The position numbers and the translations under genes were made by a program. Shown in pieces: positions 1 to 11,448 of a DNA stretch of 64,000 nt. The DNA is from Octopus sinensis (Eukaryota). The notes beneath the pieces were generated by a model, which was not told the DNA's origin, did no database searches, and was given only the letters and a program-made list of their open reading frames with translations. Numbering within the stretch: the stretch's first letter is position 1; every line of letters begins with the position of its first letter. The stretch spans positions 28,024,001 to 28,088,000 of the forward strand of contig NC_042999.1 of NCBI RefSeq assembly GCF_006345805.1. The letters are read 5' to 3'.

Positions 1-43
1 CTGAGCGAGATGTAAACAGTAGCAATACGGAATCGTAAGGTAC

Positions 44-376
44 AATTGCCAACCAAGTGTGGCGTCCTACACGGGACAGTGCTACTGGCGTTTATAGGCC
101 CAGGAAGACATCTCTTCCAGCTGACTAACGACACATTCTGTGTCTGATTAGTATTTGCGAGGGGAGGTCATCACTCACATCCCTAGCCTGGACGGGTAAC
201 CATTCAGAAACTCGAGTCCGTGTGTATCACGTAAAGCTAGGGAGTGATGACCTCCCCTCGCAAATATTAATCGGACACAGAATGTGTGTCGTTAAGCAGC
301 TGGAAGAGATGTCTTTCTGGGGCTATAAACACCAGTTTCACTGTTGCGTATAGGATGCCACACTTGGTTGGTAATT
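44..376. repeat. Fold-back (hairpin) element / MITE-like palindrome
   Basis: 44-187 (aattgccaaccaagtgtggcgtcc...ccctagc) is an imperfect reverse complement of 236-376 (gctaggg...ggatgccacacttggttggtaatt), with a 48-nt spacer. Confidence 0.8.
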
Positions 377-397
377 ATATGTTACAATACATATATA

Positions 398-757
398 CTC
401 TTTTACTCTTTTATTTGTTTCAGTCAGTTGACTGTGGCCATGCTGGAGCACCGCATTTAGTCGAGGAAATCGACTTATTCTTTGTAAGCCTAGTACTGTT
501 CTATCGGTCTCTTTTGCCGAACCGCTAAGTTACGGGTACGTAAACACACCAGCAAGCGATGTTGGGGGACAAACACAAACACATAAACACACACACACAT
601 ATATGTATATATATATATATATATATACGACGGGCTTCATTCAGTTTCCGTCTACCAAGGCTATAGTAGAAGACACTTGCCCAAGGTGCCACGCAGTGGG
701 AATGAACCTGGAACCATGTGGTTGGTAAGCAAGCTACTTACGACACAGCCACACTCC
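398..757 (-). mobile_element. tRNA-derived SINE, family A (internal CA/TA microsatellite)
   Basis: Minus strand reads ggagtgtggctgtgtc...ggttccaggttcattcccactgcgtggcaccttgggcaagtgtcttctactatagc..., matching the other family A copies in this window (e.g. 55378). Confidence 0.85.
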
Positions 758-759
758 AG

Positions 760-1045
760 TGCTGTAGTTAACGCACACGAGTGAAAACATAACAAGGTCC
801 TTTATTGTCCGAAAAATACCGACAGAGAATTCTTCAGACTAACGTCACTTTCGGTAATTTCCGTTGCTCGCTCGGTGTTCAGTTTTTTTTCCGGACCTGT
901 TTGAAAAATAGGTTCGCAGAAAGTCGAACACCGAGAGGACTTAATTGATGAGGCAATGGAAAATGCCGAAACTGACGTCAGTCTGAAATATCTTCGGTCA
1001 GCATGTTCGTGCATATGTTTTCATTCATGTACCTTAACTACAGCA
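760..1045. mobile_element. Fold-back element with outward-facing hammerhead motifs
   Basis: Terminal IR tgctgtagttaacgcacacgagtgaaaacata / tatgttttcattcatgtaccttaactacagca. Internal arms 833-875 and 941-988 are diverged inverted copies. Confidence 0.75.
941..988 (+). ncRNA. Type I hammerhead-like motif (decayed stem I, C3U)
   Basis: TTGATGA (945-951), stem II GGCA/TGCC, GAAA, palindromic stem III ACTGACGTCAGT, cleavage triplet GTC (C983). Stem I has mismatches. Confidence 0.7.
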
Positions 1046-1111
1046 TTAGAGCATTTTAGCTGTTATTTCTAGCAATGTAGGTGTTTTTTAACACTAGTCA
1101 CATTGTGAGAA

Positions 1112-1193
<82 letters not shown>

Positions 1194-1212
1194 TAATATA
1201 TATATAATATAT

Positions 1213-1249
<37 letters not shown>

Positions 1250-1254
<5 letters not shown>

Positions 1255-4200
1255 ATATATAAACGGCAGTTTGTCTGTGCGTGCTTCTGTGTGTCTGTTT
1301 TCTCGTACCCTCACCCTGACCACGGCTTTCAACCGATTCTGATGAAACTTGACACACACATAGCCCAATGTCATAATTCAAAACTAACGAAGCGAAAATT
1401 TTGAAAAGTTCCCCCAGTTCTGAAAAAAATTGATAAATTCGACATGGGGTCGAGAATCATAAACATGAACCACAGACTGTCTAGGGGACGCAACTCGAGA
1501 ATCTAAGCTTTTTTTATGCAACGCATAACTATGGTAGTTTTCACAACTTGCAATCGATTTTCACACAAAACTCATGGTGAAGCTTAATGTTACCCTAAGA
1601 AACTCAATTCTGACGTTAGTTTTCCATGCAATACCTTACCATCAGAAACAATCGATAAAATCATGCCATTTTGGGAAATCGCGTTCAAATTCAAGATGAC
1701 ATATTTTCGACAATATCTTTCACAAATTGGCAGGAATCTTTTTTTTTTCACAACGAGCATCATGTCTGCTCCAAGGAGCTATATAGCCCTTTTTATTCCA
1801 ATAGGATACATTATTGGAAAAAATCGGTTAATTTAATCATATGTGGCACACATAGCAAACAAATTGTGTATTAAACACAAACCAGACTGTCTAGGGGACG
1901 CAACTTGACCTTTTTAGCTATCGATAATTCGATCCAACCAATTCCTACCAGGAAGAAATTACATTCGAGACTTTACCCCCCAACACCGCCACTTCTGCTA
2001 ATAGCTGCTGCAGCGCCGCAAGTTATTCGAATACTTTTTTGGTTTAAACTTTCTTTATAACTACCACCCCAAACGTTTTACCTTCAATTTTTGACGTACC
2101 CTAACGGTCCTCGGACGCTACTTGCAAACTCTTGGTTTATTATAAACCACTTTTGTCGTGTGCATCAAAAAACTTTTCCTTTCGTTTGTTCAGTTTGATC
2201 ACTTTTGACTTTTTCGTTGTTGTCACTCACATTGCTGCCAGCTTTTTGGCCGTTTTTGTACTTTTTATACATTTTCGGATACTTACCCCACGAGCTCCTT
2301 TTTATTACACCTTTACCAAACACATTGCTATCCACCAAAATACTTACCCCACGTGTTCCTTTTTATTACACCTTTGCCAAACACATTGCTATCCACCAAA
2401 TGCCACCCAAGAAGAGAAGGACCATCCTCAGCCCTCGGACGGCCAAGGCATCGGCTGCTAGGGCTAGAAGGGCACGCGAGACCCACGAGGAAACCGCCTT
2501 GCGCCTCTCGCAACCAGCTTCCCGTTATGCCGCTGCTCAGGCATCTGAAACTACTAGCGACCGTTCTACCCGACTTGCAAGGGTCGCAGCGTACAGATCT
2601 TCCCTCCGCTTGAGGTTGACGAAAGAGCAACAGTCCAGCCAAAACATGCGGGCTTCTTACTGTGCTTCCATCCGCAGAGCTCGCGAGAACCCCGAACAAA
2701 GGGCCATTCGGAATGCGGCTAACGCCACTAGCACTGCCAGGACACGATCTGTCGAAACCTCACAGCAGAGGAGAACTCGCCAAGATGCTGACGCCGCAAA
2801 CAAAGCCATGGCCAAAGCTGCCGAAACACCTCAACAGAGGAGAGCTCGCCAAGCTGCTAACGCCGCAAACACAGCCAGGGCTCGATCTGCCGAAACTCCA
2901 CACCAACGGACTATTCGGACATCCAGACATGCCATTAACACTGCTTCTGCTAGGGCTTCAGAGGGTGCTGAGGCGAGAGCTGAATGCTTTCAAGGGATGC
3001 CACTGCTACCGCTGTCGCACGTGCATCTGAATCTGCTGAGGCACGGTGCACTCGACTTGAGAGTATCAACAAACGTCGGGATATCATTCGTGGTGTACGT
3101 ACCCCTGCCCCCGCTTTCTGGTTGTCACTAGCATTCAACTACGACGCCACAATTAACTTTTCCTTGCGTGACGACATCAAGATAGGGTCAATGACAATTG
3201 TATGCCAGTTTTGCAAAGCCAAGAAATGGCCCGGAGAGCCACCTGGTTTGTGCTGCTCTGGTGGCAAAGTGGACCTGCCACCCCTACGGGAACCACCTCA
3301 ACCACTGAAGGATCTCGCGGCGGGTTTAACCCCCGATTCGTCACAATTCCTTGAAATAATTCGAAAGTACAACTGCTCATTCCAAATGACCTCTTTCGGG
3401 GCCAAAATTCCTCCCAGAGAAGGCTGGATGCCTACTTTCAAAGTGCAGGGACAGGTCTACCATCTTATTGGGTCACTTCTGCCAGACGAGATTCAGCAGT
3501 CTTCTTTCCTCCAAATATACTTCATTGCCGACTACAACCACCAGGTTGATGCACGCCTTGGAATAATACCGGGTACAAGCTATGTCCCCGCAAAGACATT
3601 CTTCTCCGTCTCCAAACCATGCTTCATGATATCAACAGCTACGTCTGCAGCTTCAGATATGCCTTGGACAGTGCTCCTTCTCCAAACTTCACCGTTGTCA
3701 TTGATGCTGATAAACGACCCCACGGGGAGCACGAACGCCGTTTCAACGCACCTGCGTGCAACGAAATTGCCGCAGTTATACACGGAGAGCAACACAACAG
3801 CCGTGACATAATCATCTCCTCCCGTGGTAACAACCTACACAGGATCAGCGAGACTCACAGATCTTATGACGCGCTTCAGTATCCATTGCTTTTCCCTTAT
3901 GGGGAAGACGGCTACCACTTCGGAATTCCTTTACGGCAGCCCTCCAATCAAACTACTCTGCGGCATCAAAGACGGTTTCCTGCAGGGCGTTCTACTCATA
4001 CCGGTTCATGGTCAGGGAGGGTGAGTTCAACTTATTGCCCCGTTGTCGTCAGCTATTCAACCAGTTCGCCGTCGACATGGCCGCAAAAATGGAATCGGAA
4101 AGGCTGCTATACATTAAACTTAATCAGACCAAACTTCGCTCCGACTCCTACATTCATCTCCGTGACGGTTTGCAACAAGAAAATGACCCTCGCAACATCG

Positions 4201-7200
4201 GCAAGCCATGCATTCTACCCTCCACCTTCACGGGAGGACCGCGATATATGCGTGAAAGGACCCAGACGCCTTGACCTACGTGCGCATTTACGGCCGGCCG
4301 GACCTCTTTATCACCTACACGTGCAATCCCAGCTGCGACGAAATCACTCGCGAAATCCTCCCGGGTCAATCTCACACCCATCGACACGACATCGTTGCTA
4401 GGGTTTTCCGTCTGAATTTGGGCAAAATGAAGGATTTGATAGTTAAGGGTCAGATTTTCGGGCATGTCAGGTGCCACATGTTTTCGGTCGAGTGGCAAAA
4501 GAGGGGCTTGCCACATGCTCACATCTTAATTTTGGCTCACTCATAAAATTGAGACTAATGACATTGACAAATTCATTTCCGCCGAGATTCCTGACCCCGA
4601 TGAGGACCCCGGACTCTACGAAATTGTCCGCACTACCATGGTACACGGGCCCTGTGGACCAAATTACGCCAACACACCATGCTACAAAACCGGATTAGCC
4701 TGCTCAAAGGGATTCCCTAAACGGTTCACTTTGGAGACTCAAACAGGCGGCGATGGGTATCCGCTGTACAAACGAAGGAGTCCAGCCAATGGAGGCCGCA
4801 CGATTACGGTTGGGCGACATCAAGTGGACAACAGCTACATTGTCCCCTACTGTCCTCTCCTGTCGAAGATATTCAAAGCCCACGTCAACGTTGAGTTCTG
4901 CAGCTCCATCAGGTCAATACAATATGTCTGCAAATATATCAACAAAGGCAGCGATGCTGCCATGTTCAGCATCCAGAGGACCACCAGTCGCGACGAAGTG
5001 TCCAACTACTTGGCTGGCCGGTACCTCAGCAGCAACGAAGCGTTTTGGCGCATTTACGGCTTCCTGCTCCATCAGAGACACCCGGCTGTGGTGCAGCTTG
5101 CTGTACACTTGGAAAATGGACAGCGGATTTACTTCACAGAGCAAAGTGCTGTGCAGATAGCCACCAGCCCTAAAGACACAACGTTGACTGGTTTCTTCAA
5201 ATTATGCCAACGATGATGACTTCGCTCGAACGCTTTTGTACCCACAGGTCCCATCGTACTTCGTGTGGTCTAAAAACACCTGGGTTCGACGGAAATCCGG
5301 CAAAAACGTCGAAAGCTTCCCAGGCGTCAAGTTTGACTCCTGCCTGGGTCGAGTTTACAACATCCCGCCAAACCAGCAAGAATGCTTCTACCTCCGTCTC
5401 CTTCTACATGAGGTCACTGGTCCAACAGGTTTCGTCAATATAAGTACCGTCAATGGGGTTCTGTGCGACACCTTCAGGGAAGCATGTATGAGACTTGGCC
5501 TTCTAGAGGATGACTCCCAGTGGGACGCCACGATGGCAGAGGGTGCTTTACTGCAAACGCATTCGGCCCTGCGACATCTTTTCGCAATCCTTCTTCAAAA
5601 ATGTCAGCTTAGTCATCCACTAAGTCTCTGGATGAAATACAGGGATGACATGTCGCACGACTTCTTACGTACGGCTCAGCAACACTGCCCTTCCGCCGAG
5701 ATCACGTTCACCAACTTCATTTACAATTTTGCGCTCATTCAACTCGAAGACGCTGTCATCGATATGGGTGGGTCTGCTTTAACAGAGTACGGCCTTCCAC
5801 CACCCACACGTGAACACGCCAATGTTATGTCTGCTGAATTGTTACGCGAAACTTCCTACTGCATTGAGGAACTGCACCAGTACGTCCAAGATAATGAACC
5901 ACGGCTGCTTCCAGACCAGCGCATAGCCTACAACACCATCGTAGACTCTGTCAGACAGCAACGTGGGGGGATTTTCTTCCTTGATGCACCCGGCGGCAAG
6001 GCAAAACCTTCGTCACTAAACTAATTCTGGCAGAGGTCAGACGCAACACGGACATTGCCCTGGCTGTAGTTTCCTCTGGTATCGCGGCCACGTTGCTTCC
6101 GGGTGGCAGAACCGCCCACTCTGCCTTCAGACTCCCGCTCGATCTGGCAAAGTCCGAGTCACCTATCTGCAACATCGCCAAGAACTCAGAACAGGCCGAC
6201 ATTCTTCGCAGATGCAAACTCATCGTATGGGACGAGTGCACTATGGCACACAAAGGCGCCCTTGAGGCACTGGACAGGTCCCTGCAACATCAGAGACTCT
6301 ACGGCCCCCATGGGAGGATTAACTTTACTTCTTTCAGGAGACTTCAGGCAGACTCTACCTGTTATTCCAAAAGGAACCCGTGCCGATGCCGTGCGCGCGT
6401 GCCTTAAGTCGTCAGCTCTTTGGGCACATGTGCGGCCCTTGCACCTCCAAACTAACATGCGCGCGCAGTTAATTGGTGACAGCGGATCCGCTGCATTCTC
6501 CAGGGACCTCTTATCGCTCGGTGAAAATAGGATGCTGTCTGATGCGGATGGCTACGTTCAATTGGACTCACTTTGCACCATTGTCGACACCCCTGCTAGC
6601 CTCCGGGACGCTGTCTTCCACGACCTACAAAACAATTTACGCGACCTAAAATGGCTGGCAGGCAGAGCTATTCTCGCACCCAAAAATACAACCGTCAACT
6701 CCATCAATATCCAGCTACTTGAAGCTATTCCTGGTGATGTCCACGTCTACAAATCTATAGATAGGACAGCAGACCCCGCCCAGCTTGCCGATTATCCTGT
6801 TGAATTCCTGAATTCACTTGAACCGCCAGGCCTGCCACCACACATCCTGAAGTTAAAAGTCGGTGCGCCCATTATGCGCATCAGGAATTTGGTTCCACCT
6901 AAACAGTGCAACGGCACACGTTTGGTTGTGAAACATTTGGCACCACATTTAATAACGGCCACAATACTTACCGGTTGTGGGAAGGGAGAGGACGTCTTCA
7001 TTCCACGGATGCACCTTCACCGTCGGGCGCTGACCTACCAATCCACTTCAGGCGTTCTCAGTTTCCTGTTAAACTCTGCTTCGCAATGTCCATCAATAAA
7101 TCCCAAGGCCAAACGCTACAAGTCGCTGGGTTACATTTGGGCGAACAGTGCTTCGCCCACGGTCAACTCTACGTGGGCTGTTCACGCGTTGGGAGGCGCA

Positions 7201-7389
7201 ATGATGTTTTCATGTTTTCGCCCAAACGGACAGCTAGGAACATCGTATATACAGAAGTATTCCAGTGAAGACAAGACATTGCAACGTCCACATGCACCTT
7301 CGTTCCCTGGAGGGAAAGGACTACATTGGGATTAGTCGTTGCCTACTAGGGGCTCTTACATACCCGGGCAACGCCGGGCTATGCTGCTA

Positions 7390-7390
<1 letters not shown>
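1250..7390 (+). mobile_element. Full-length Helitron (rolling-circle transposon)
   Basis: 5' A|TC (tctctatatataaacggcag) at 1250. 3' hairpin cccgggcaacgccggg followed by CTAG|T at 7387-7391. Encodes a Rep/PIF1 protein. Embedded in (TA)n on both sides. Confidence 0.96.
2399..7268 (+). pseudogene. Helitron RepHel protein (HUH Rep + PIF1 helicase), split by multiple frameshifts
   Basis: ATG at 2399 (MPPKKRR) and N-terminal ETPQQR repeats. Rep motifs PDLFITYTCNP, VEWQKRGLPHAHILI, YVCKYINKGSD. PIF1 motifs DAPGG, GGRTAHSAF, VWDECTM, GDFRQTLPV, AILAPKN, CNGTRL, QFPVKLCFAMSINKSQGQTL, HGQLYVGCSRV, spread over about 10 ORF pieces. Confidence 0.95.
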
Positions 7391-7424
<34 letters not shown>

Positions 7425-7557
7425 TCAATAAATGGTGGGGTTGTGTTGACCGCACGTGGAGAAATGATAAGCAAGGAAAAATTGTAAAAATGCAGAATGC
7501 TCGATTGAAAGAAAATTCTAATAAATGAGAAAATGAAAAAATATATAAATATATATT

Positions 7558-7599
7558 TATTCAAACCGGTTTTCGTCATAGTTTGACTTATCAAGAATA
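7558..7599 (-). ncRNA. Hammerhead-like motif, variant core UUGAUAA
   Basis: Reverse complement of the 8607-8648 motif, identical in core and stems. Confidence 0.55.
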
Positions 7600-8606
7600 G
7601 TTAGGTGAAAAGGTTTTTTAAAATTGAGAAAGGGGAAAAAAAGTTGCTTGTTTTTTGCAAAAGAATAATAATAAATTGTATAAAAATTAAAAATTATAAC
7701 TACTCCGATACATTGTGAGTTCGTTGTGTATCTTGAGTTTAATGATTGTTCACGAAAAAATTACCTTGAGGTATTAGGATCCAATGGGATTAAGGCCATG
7801 TGTTGTTTGGTTTAATTTAGGATGTTGGCAAAACAGGAAGTAGTAGTAATTGTGGTTCTTCAGGGAGACAACTCTTTTGAGTTCTTCAATAAAGGCTGCT
7901 GATAAATCCCAAATTATAAAATTGTCATTTTAGCTTCATTTGCATTATCTTTTTTATATAATGGCATAGACAATTGCATTTCAGATTGTTATATCATAAA
8001 TAATAAAGATGATGGTAATAACAAAGATGATTAAGGATACCATAGATTCATCACTTCAAGCAAAAACTTATATGCTTTAAATATCATTTTTACTATTGTT
8101 GTTATTACCATCATCTTTATTATTTATGATATAACAATCTGAAATGCAATTGTCTATGCCAATTTATATAATTAGAAAATAATATAAATAAAGTGTTAAA
8201 ATCTGAAAGTTAAATTAACAAACAATTATATAAAAAAGATAATGCAAATGAAGCTAAAATGACAATTTTATAATTTGGGATTTATCAGCAGCCTTTATTG
8301 AAGAACTCAAAAGAGTTGTTTCCCCTTATTTACAACGCAGGAACTGAAGAACCACAATTACTACTACTTCCTGTTTTGCCAACATCCTAAATTAAACCAA
8401 ACAACACATGGCCTTAATCCCATTGGATCCTAATACCTCAAGGTATTTTTTTCGTGAACAATCATTAAACTCAAGATACACAACGAACTCACAATGTATC
8501 GGAGTACTTCTTTTTTAATTTTTATACATATTATTATTATTCTTTTGCAAAAAACAATGCAACTTTTTTTCCCCTTTCTCATTTTTAAAAAACCTTTTCA
8601 CCTAAC

Positions 8607-8648
8607 TATTCTTGATAAGTCAAACTATGACGAAAACCGGTTTGAATA
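8607..8648 (+). ncRNA. Hammerhead-like motif, variant core UUGAUAA
   Basis: Stem I TATTC/GAATA, core TTGATAA, stem II GTCA-aacta-TGAC, GAAA, palindromic stem III AACCGGTT, then T. Confidence 0.55.
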
Positions 8649-8742
8649 AATATATATTTATATATTTTTTCATTTTCTCATTTCATTAAAATTTTCTTTC
8701 AATCGAGCATTCTGCATTTTTACAATTTTTCCTTGCTATATA

Positions 8743-8788
<46 letters not shown>

Positions 8789-8906
8789 CAATTAAGGAAC
8801 GGCCATAATAGGCCATTCACCCACTAGAAATAACAGCCAAAGCTTCTACCGCAAATAAAGATCAATTCCGTAAACAGGAGAAAATTAAAAAAACATTTAC
8901 CCTGTA

Positions 8907-9013
8907 ATTTCTTGTACGGTATACCGTTTCATCCGTTGTTTAATGGTAAACCAACCTAATTAAATTAAATCAAGCCAATCTTCCATAAGCCCTCGGATTC
9001 ATCAGCAAGAAAT
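8907..9013 (-). ncRNA. Type I hammerhead ribozyme (canonical core)
   Basis: Reverse complement of the 10609-10715 motif. Confidence 0.85.
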
Positions 9014-9394
9014 AGCTCTCGGGACAGATAATTACACGAGGCATATCCAATCTTGCCAAGTCAATATCTGACCTAAAATTTTCAAATCGTCGCACTCGCG
9101 CCAAATTTATCGGCAGCAAATAAATATCAGCCGTCGATTCCATTACGGAATTAACCAAAAAATTCATATTAATCAATATAGGGTGGCAAGGAAAATTTTG
9201 TAGAATTTTATTGCCACCAGCGGCCCAGCGGGAAAAAAATTAAATAGTCATAGACCATTTTTAAGTTCAACATTAACAATTAAGGAACGGCCATAATAGG
9301 CCATTCACCCACTAGAAATAACAGCCAAAGCTTCTACCGCAAATAAAGATCAATTCCGTAAACAGGAGAAAATTAAAAAAACATTTACCCTGTA

Positions 9395-9501
9395 ATTTCT
9401 TGTACGGTATACCGTTTCATCCGTTGTTTAATGGTAAACCAACCTAATTAAATTAAATCAAGCCAATCTTCCATAAGCCCTCGGATTCATCAGCAAGAAA
9501 T
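9395..9501 (-). ncRNA. Type I hammerhead ribozyme (canonical core)
   Basis: Reverse complement of the 10609-10715 motif, 488 bp from the previous copy. Confidence 0.85.
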
Positions 9502-10124
9502 AGCTCTCGGGACAGATAATTACACGAGGCATATCCAATCTTGCCAAGTCAATATCTGACCTAAAATTTTCAAATCGTCGCACTCGCGCCAAATTTATCG
9601 GCAGCAAATAAATATCAGCCGTCGATTCCATTACGGAATTAACCAAAAAATTCATAATTAATCAATATAGGGTGGCAAGGAAAATTTTGTAGAATTTTAT
9701 TGCCACCAGCGGCCCAGCGGGAAAAAAATTAAATAGTCATAGACCATTTTTAAGTTCAACATTAACAATTAAGGAACGGCCATAATAGGCCATTCACCCA
9801 CTAGAAATAACAGCCAAAGCTTCTACCGCAAATAAAGATCAATTCCGTAAACAGGAGAATTGTTAATGTTGAACTTAAAAATGGTCTATGACTATTTAAT
9901 TTTTTTCCCGCTGGGCCGCTGGTGGCAATAAAATTCTACAAAATTTTCCTTGCACCCTATATTGATTAATTATGAATTTTTTGGTTAATTCCGTAATGGA
10001 ATCGACGGCTGATATTTATTTGCTGCCGATAAATTGGCGCGAGTGCGACGATTTGAAAATTTTAGGTCAGATATTGACTTGGCAAGATTGGATATGCCTC
10101 GTGTAATTATCTGTCCCGAGAGCT

Positions 10125-10230
10125 ATTTCTTGCTGATGAATCCGAGGGCTTATGGAAGATTGGCTTGATTTAATTTAATTAGGTTGGTTTACCATTAAAC
10201 AACGGATGAAACGGTATACCGTACAAGAAT
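10125..10230 (+). ncRNA. Type I hammerhead ribozyme (canonical core)
   Basis: As 10609-10715 but with one A missing from the stem I 3' strand (6-bp stem). Predicted cut after 10223. Confidence 0.8.
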
Positions 10231-10608
10231 TACAGGGTAAATGTTTTTTAATTTTCTCCTGTTTACGGAATTGATCTTTATTTGCGGTAGAAGCTTGGCT
10301 GTTATTTCTAGTGGGTGAATGGCCTATTATGGCCGTTCCTTAATTGTTAATGTTGAACTTAAAAATGGTCTATGACTATTTAATTTTTCCCGCTGGGCCG
10401 CTGGTGGCAATAAAATTCTACAAAATTTTCCTTGCCACCCTATATTGATTAATTATGAATTTTTTGGTTAATTCCGTAATGGAATCGACGGCTGATATTT
10501 ATTTGCTGCCGATAAATTTGGCGCGAGTGCGACGATTTGAAAATTTTAGGTCAGATATTGACTTGGCAAGATTGGATATGCCTCGTGTAATTATCTGTCC
10601 CGAGAGCT

Positions 10609-10715
10609 ATTTCTTGCTGATGAATCCGAGGGCTTATGGAAGATTGGCTTGATTTAATTTAATTAGGTTGGTTTACCATTAAACAACGGATGAAACGGTA
10701 TACCGTACAAGAAAT
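10609..10715 (+). ncRNA. Type I hammerhead ribozyme (canonical core, 58-nt loop 2)
   Basis: Stem I ATTTCTTG(10609-16)/CAAGAAAT(10708-15); CTGATGA(10617-23); stem II ATCCG(10624-28)/CGGAT(10687-91); GAAA(10692-95); stem III ACGG-TATA-CCGT; triplet GTA, cut after 10707. Confidence 0.87.
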
Positions 10716-10937
10716 TACAGGGTAAATGTTTTTTTTAATTTTCTCCTGTTTACGGAATTGATCTTTATTTGCGGTAGAAGCTTTGGCTGTTATTTCTAGT
10801 GGGTGAATGGCCTATTATGGCCGTTCCTTAATTGTTAATGTTGAACTTAAAAATGGTCTATGACTATTTAATTTTTTTCCCGCTGGGCCGCTGGTGGCAA
10901 TAAAATTCTACAAAATTTTCCTTGCCACCCTATATTG

Positions 10938-10961
<24 letters not shown>

Positions 10962-10975
<14 letters not shown>

Positions 10976-11185
10976 ATCCAAACAAGAAAGCACAAAAAAA
11001 CACAACAACGCGAGGACGTGGAACAAATATAGTATTATTGGACGCTCAGGAAAGAAGGAAAGAAGGAGGGCTTAACGTTTCGAGCGGAGCTCTTCGTCGG
11101 AAACATAGGAGAAGGAAAGATCCAGAGAAGGGAAGACAGAGGAAAAAAATCGGCGACGGTACACACGCGGTCACATTTTGAATAT
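10962..11185 (-). mobile_element. Penelope-like pLTR fragment with minimal hammerhead-like motif (11070-11104)
   Basis: Minus strand: GTTT CCGACGA A GAGC-TCC-GCTC GAAACGT T AAGC, with palindromic ACGT stem III. Lies between (TA)n tracts. Confidence 0.55.
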
Positions 11186-11233
11186 TATATATATATATAT
11201 ATATATATCATGAATTTGTGATTAGTGCTAGTA

Positions 11234-11448
11234 TTTGTCCCCCACTACCGCTTGACAACCGGTGTTGGTTTGTTTACGTTCCCGTAGCATAGCGATTCGG
11301 TGAAAACAGACCGATAGAATAAATACCAGGCTTAAAAAAAAACTCATACAAGTCCTGGGATTGATTCCTTCGACTAAAAGTTTTTCAAGGCGGTGCCCCA
11401 GCATGGCCGCAGTCTAATGACTGAAGACAAAAGATAAAAGATAAAAAG
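11234..11448 (+). mobile_element. SINE family A, 3' half
   Basis: cgcttgacaaccggtgttggt...gaccgatagaataaataccagg...ccagcatggccgcagtctaatgactgaa. Confidence 0.75.

Larger units (their letters stand above)
7470..8737. mobile_element. 1.27-kb fold-back element with hammerhead-like motif in each arm
   Basis: Left arm ~7470-8023 is the reverse complement of right arm ~8100-8737, with substitutions and right-arm insertions. Flanked by (TA)n. Confidence 0.85.
8784..10941. repeat. Tandem + inverted array of a 488-bp hammerhead-containing unit (~4.4 copies)
   Basis: Units start at 8784, 9272 and 9761 (partial). Orientation flips at ~9858 and the reverse complement runs to 10941. Copies differ almost only by 1-nt indels. 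(TA)n on both sides. Confidence 0.95.

Noticed and set aside
188-235. GAAACTCGAGTC (stem III-like palindrome + GUC) in the spacer of the 44-376 hairpin
   Set aside because: No acceptable CUGANGA core or stem I upstream; at best a remnant.
8270-8510. RT-like words (DLSAAF, IPLDP) in the fold-back arm
   Set aside because: Spacing and order do not fit RT motifs, and stops intervene.
8960-9170. Possible GIY-YIG-like peptide on the plus strand of the array unit
   Set aside because: It needs several frameshifts and lies on the strand opposite the hammerhead, contrary to PLE organisation.
10455-10652. 65-aa ORF (MNFLVNSVMES...) repeated in the array
   Set aside because: Short, no recognisable motif, and it overlaps the ribozyme. 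Its recurrence merely reflects the repeat.
8784-10941. Array as a pure fold-back chimeric-read artefact
   Set aside because: The outer flanks are not mirrored, the arms have unequal lengths and there is an 87-nt unpaired centre. The 1-nt indels between copies probably are read errors, so copy number still needs a raw-read check.
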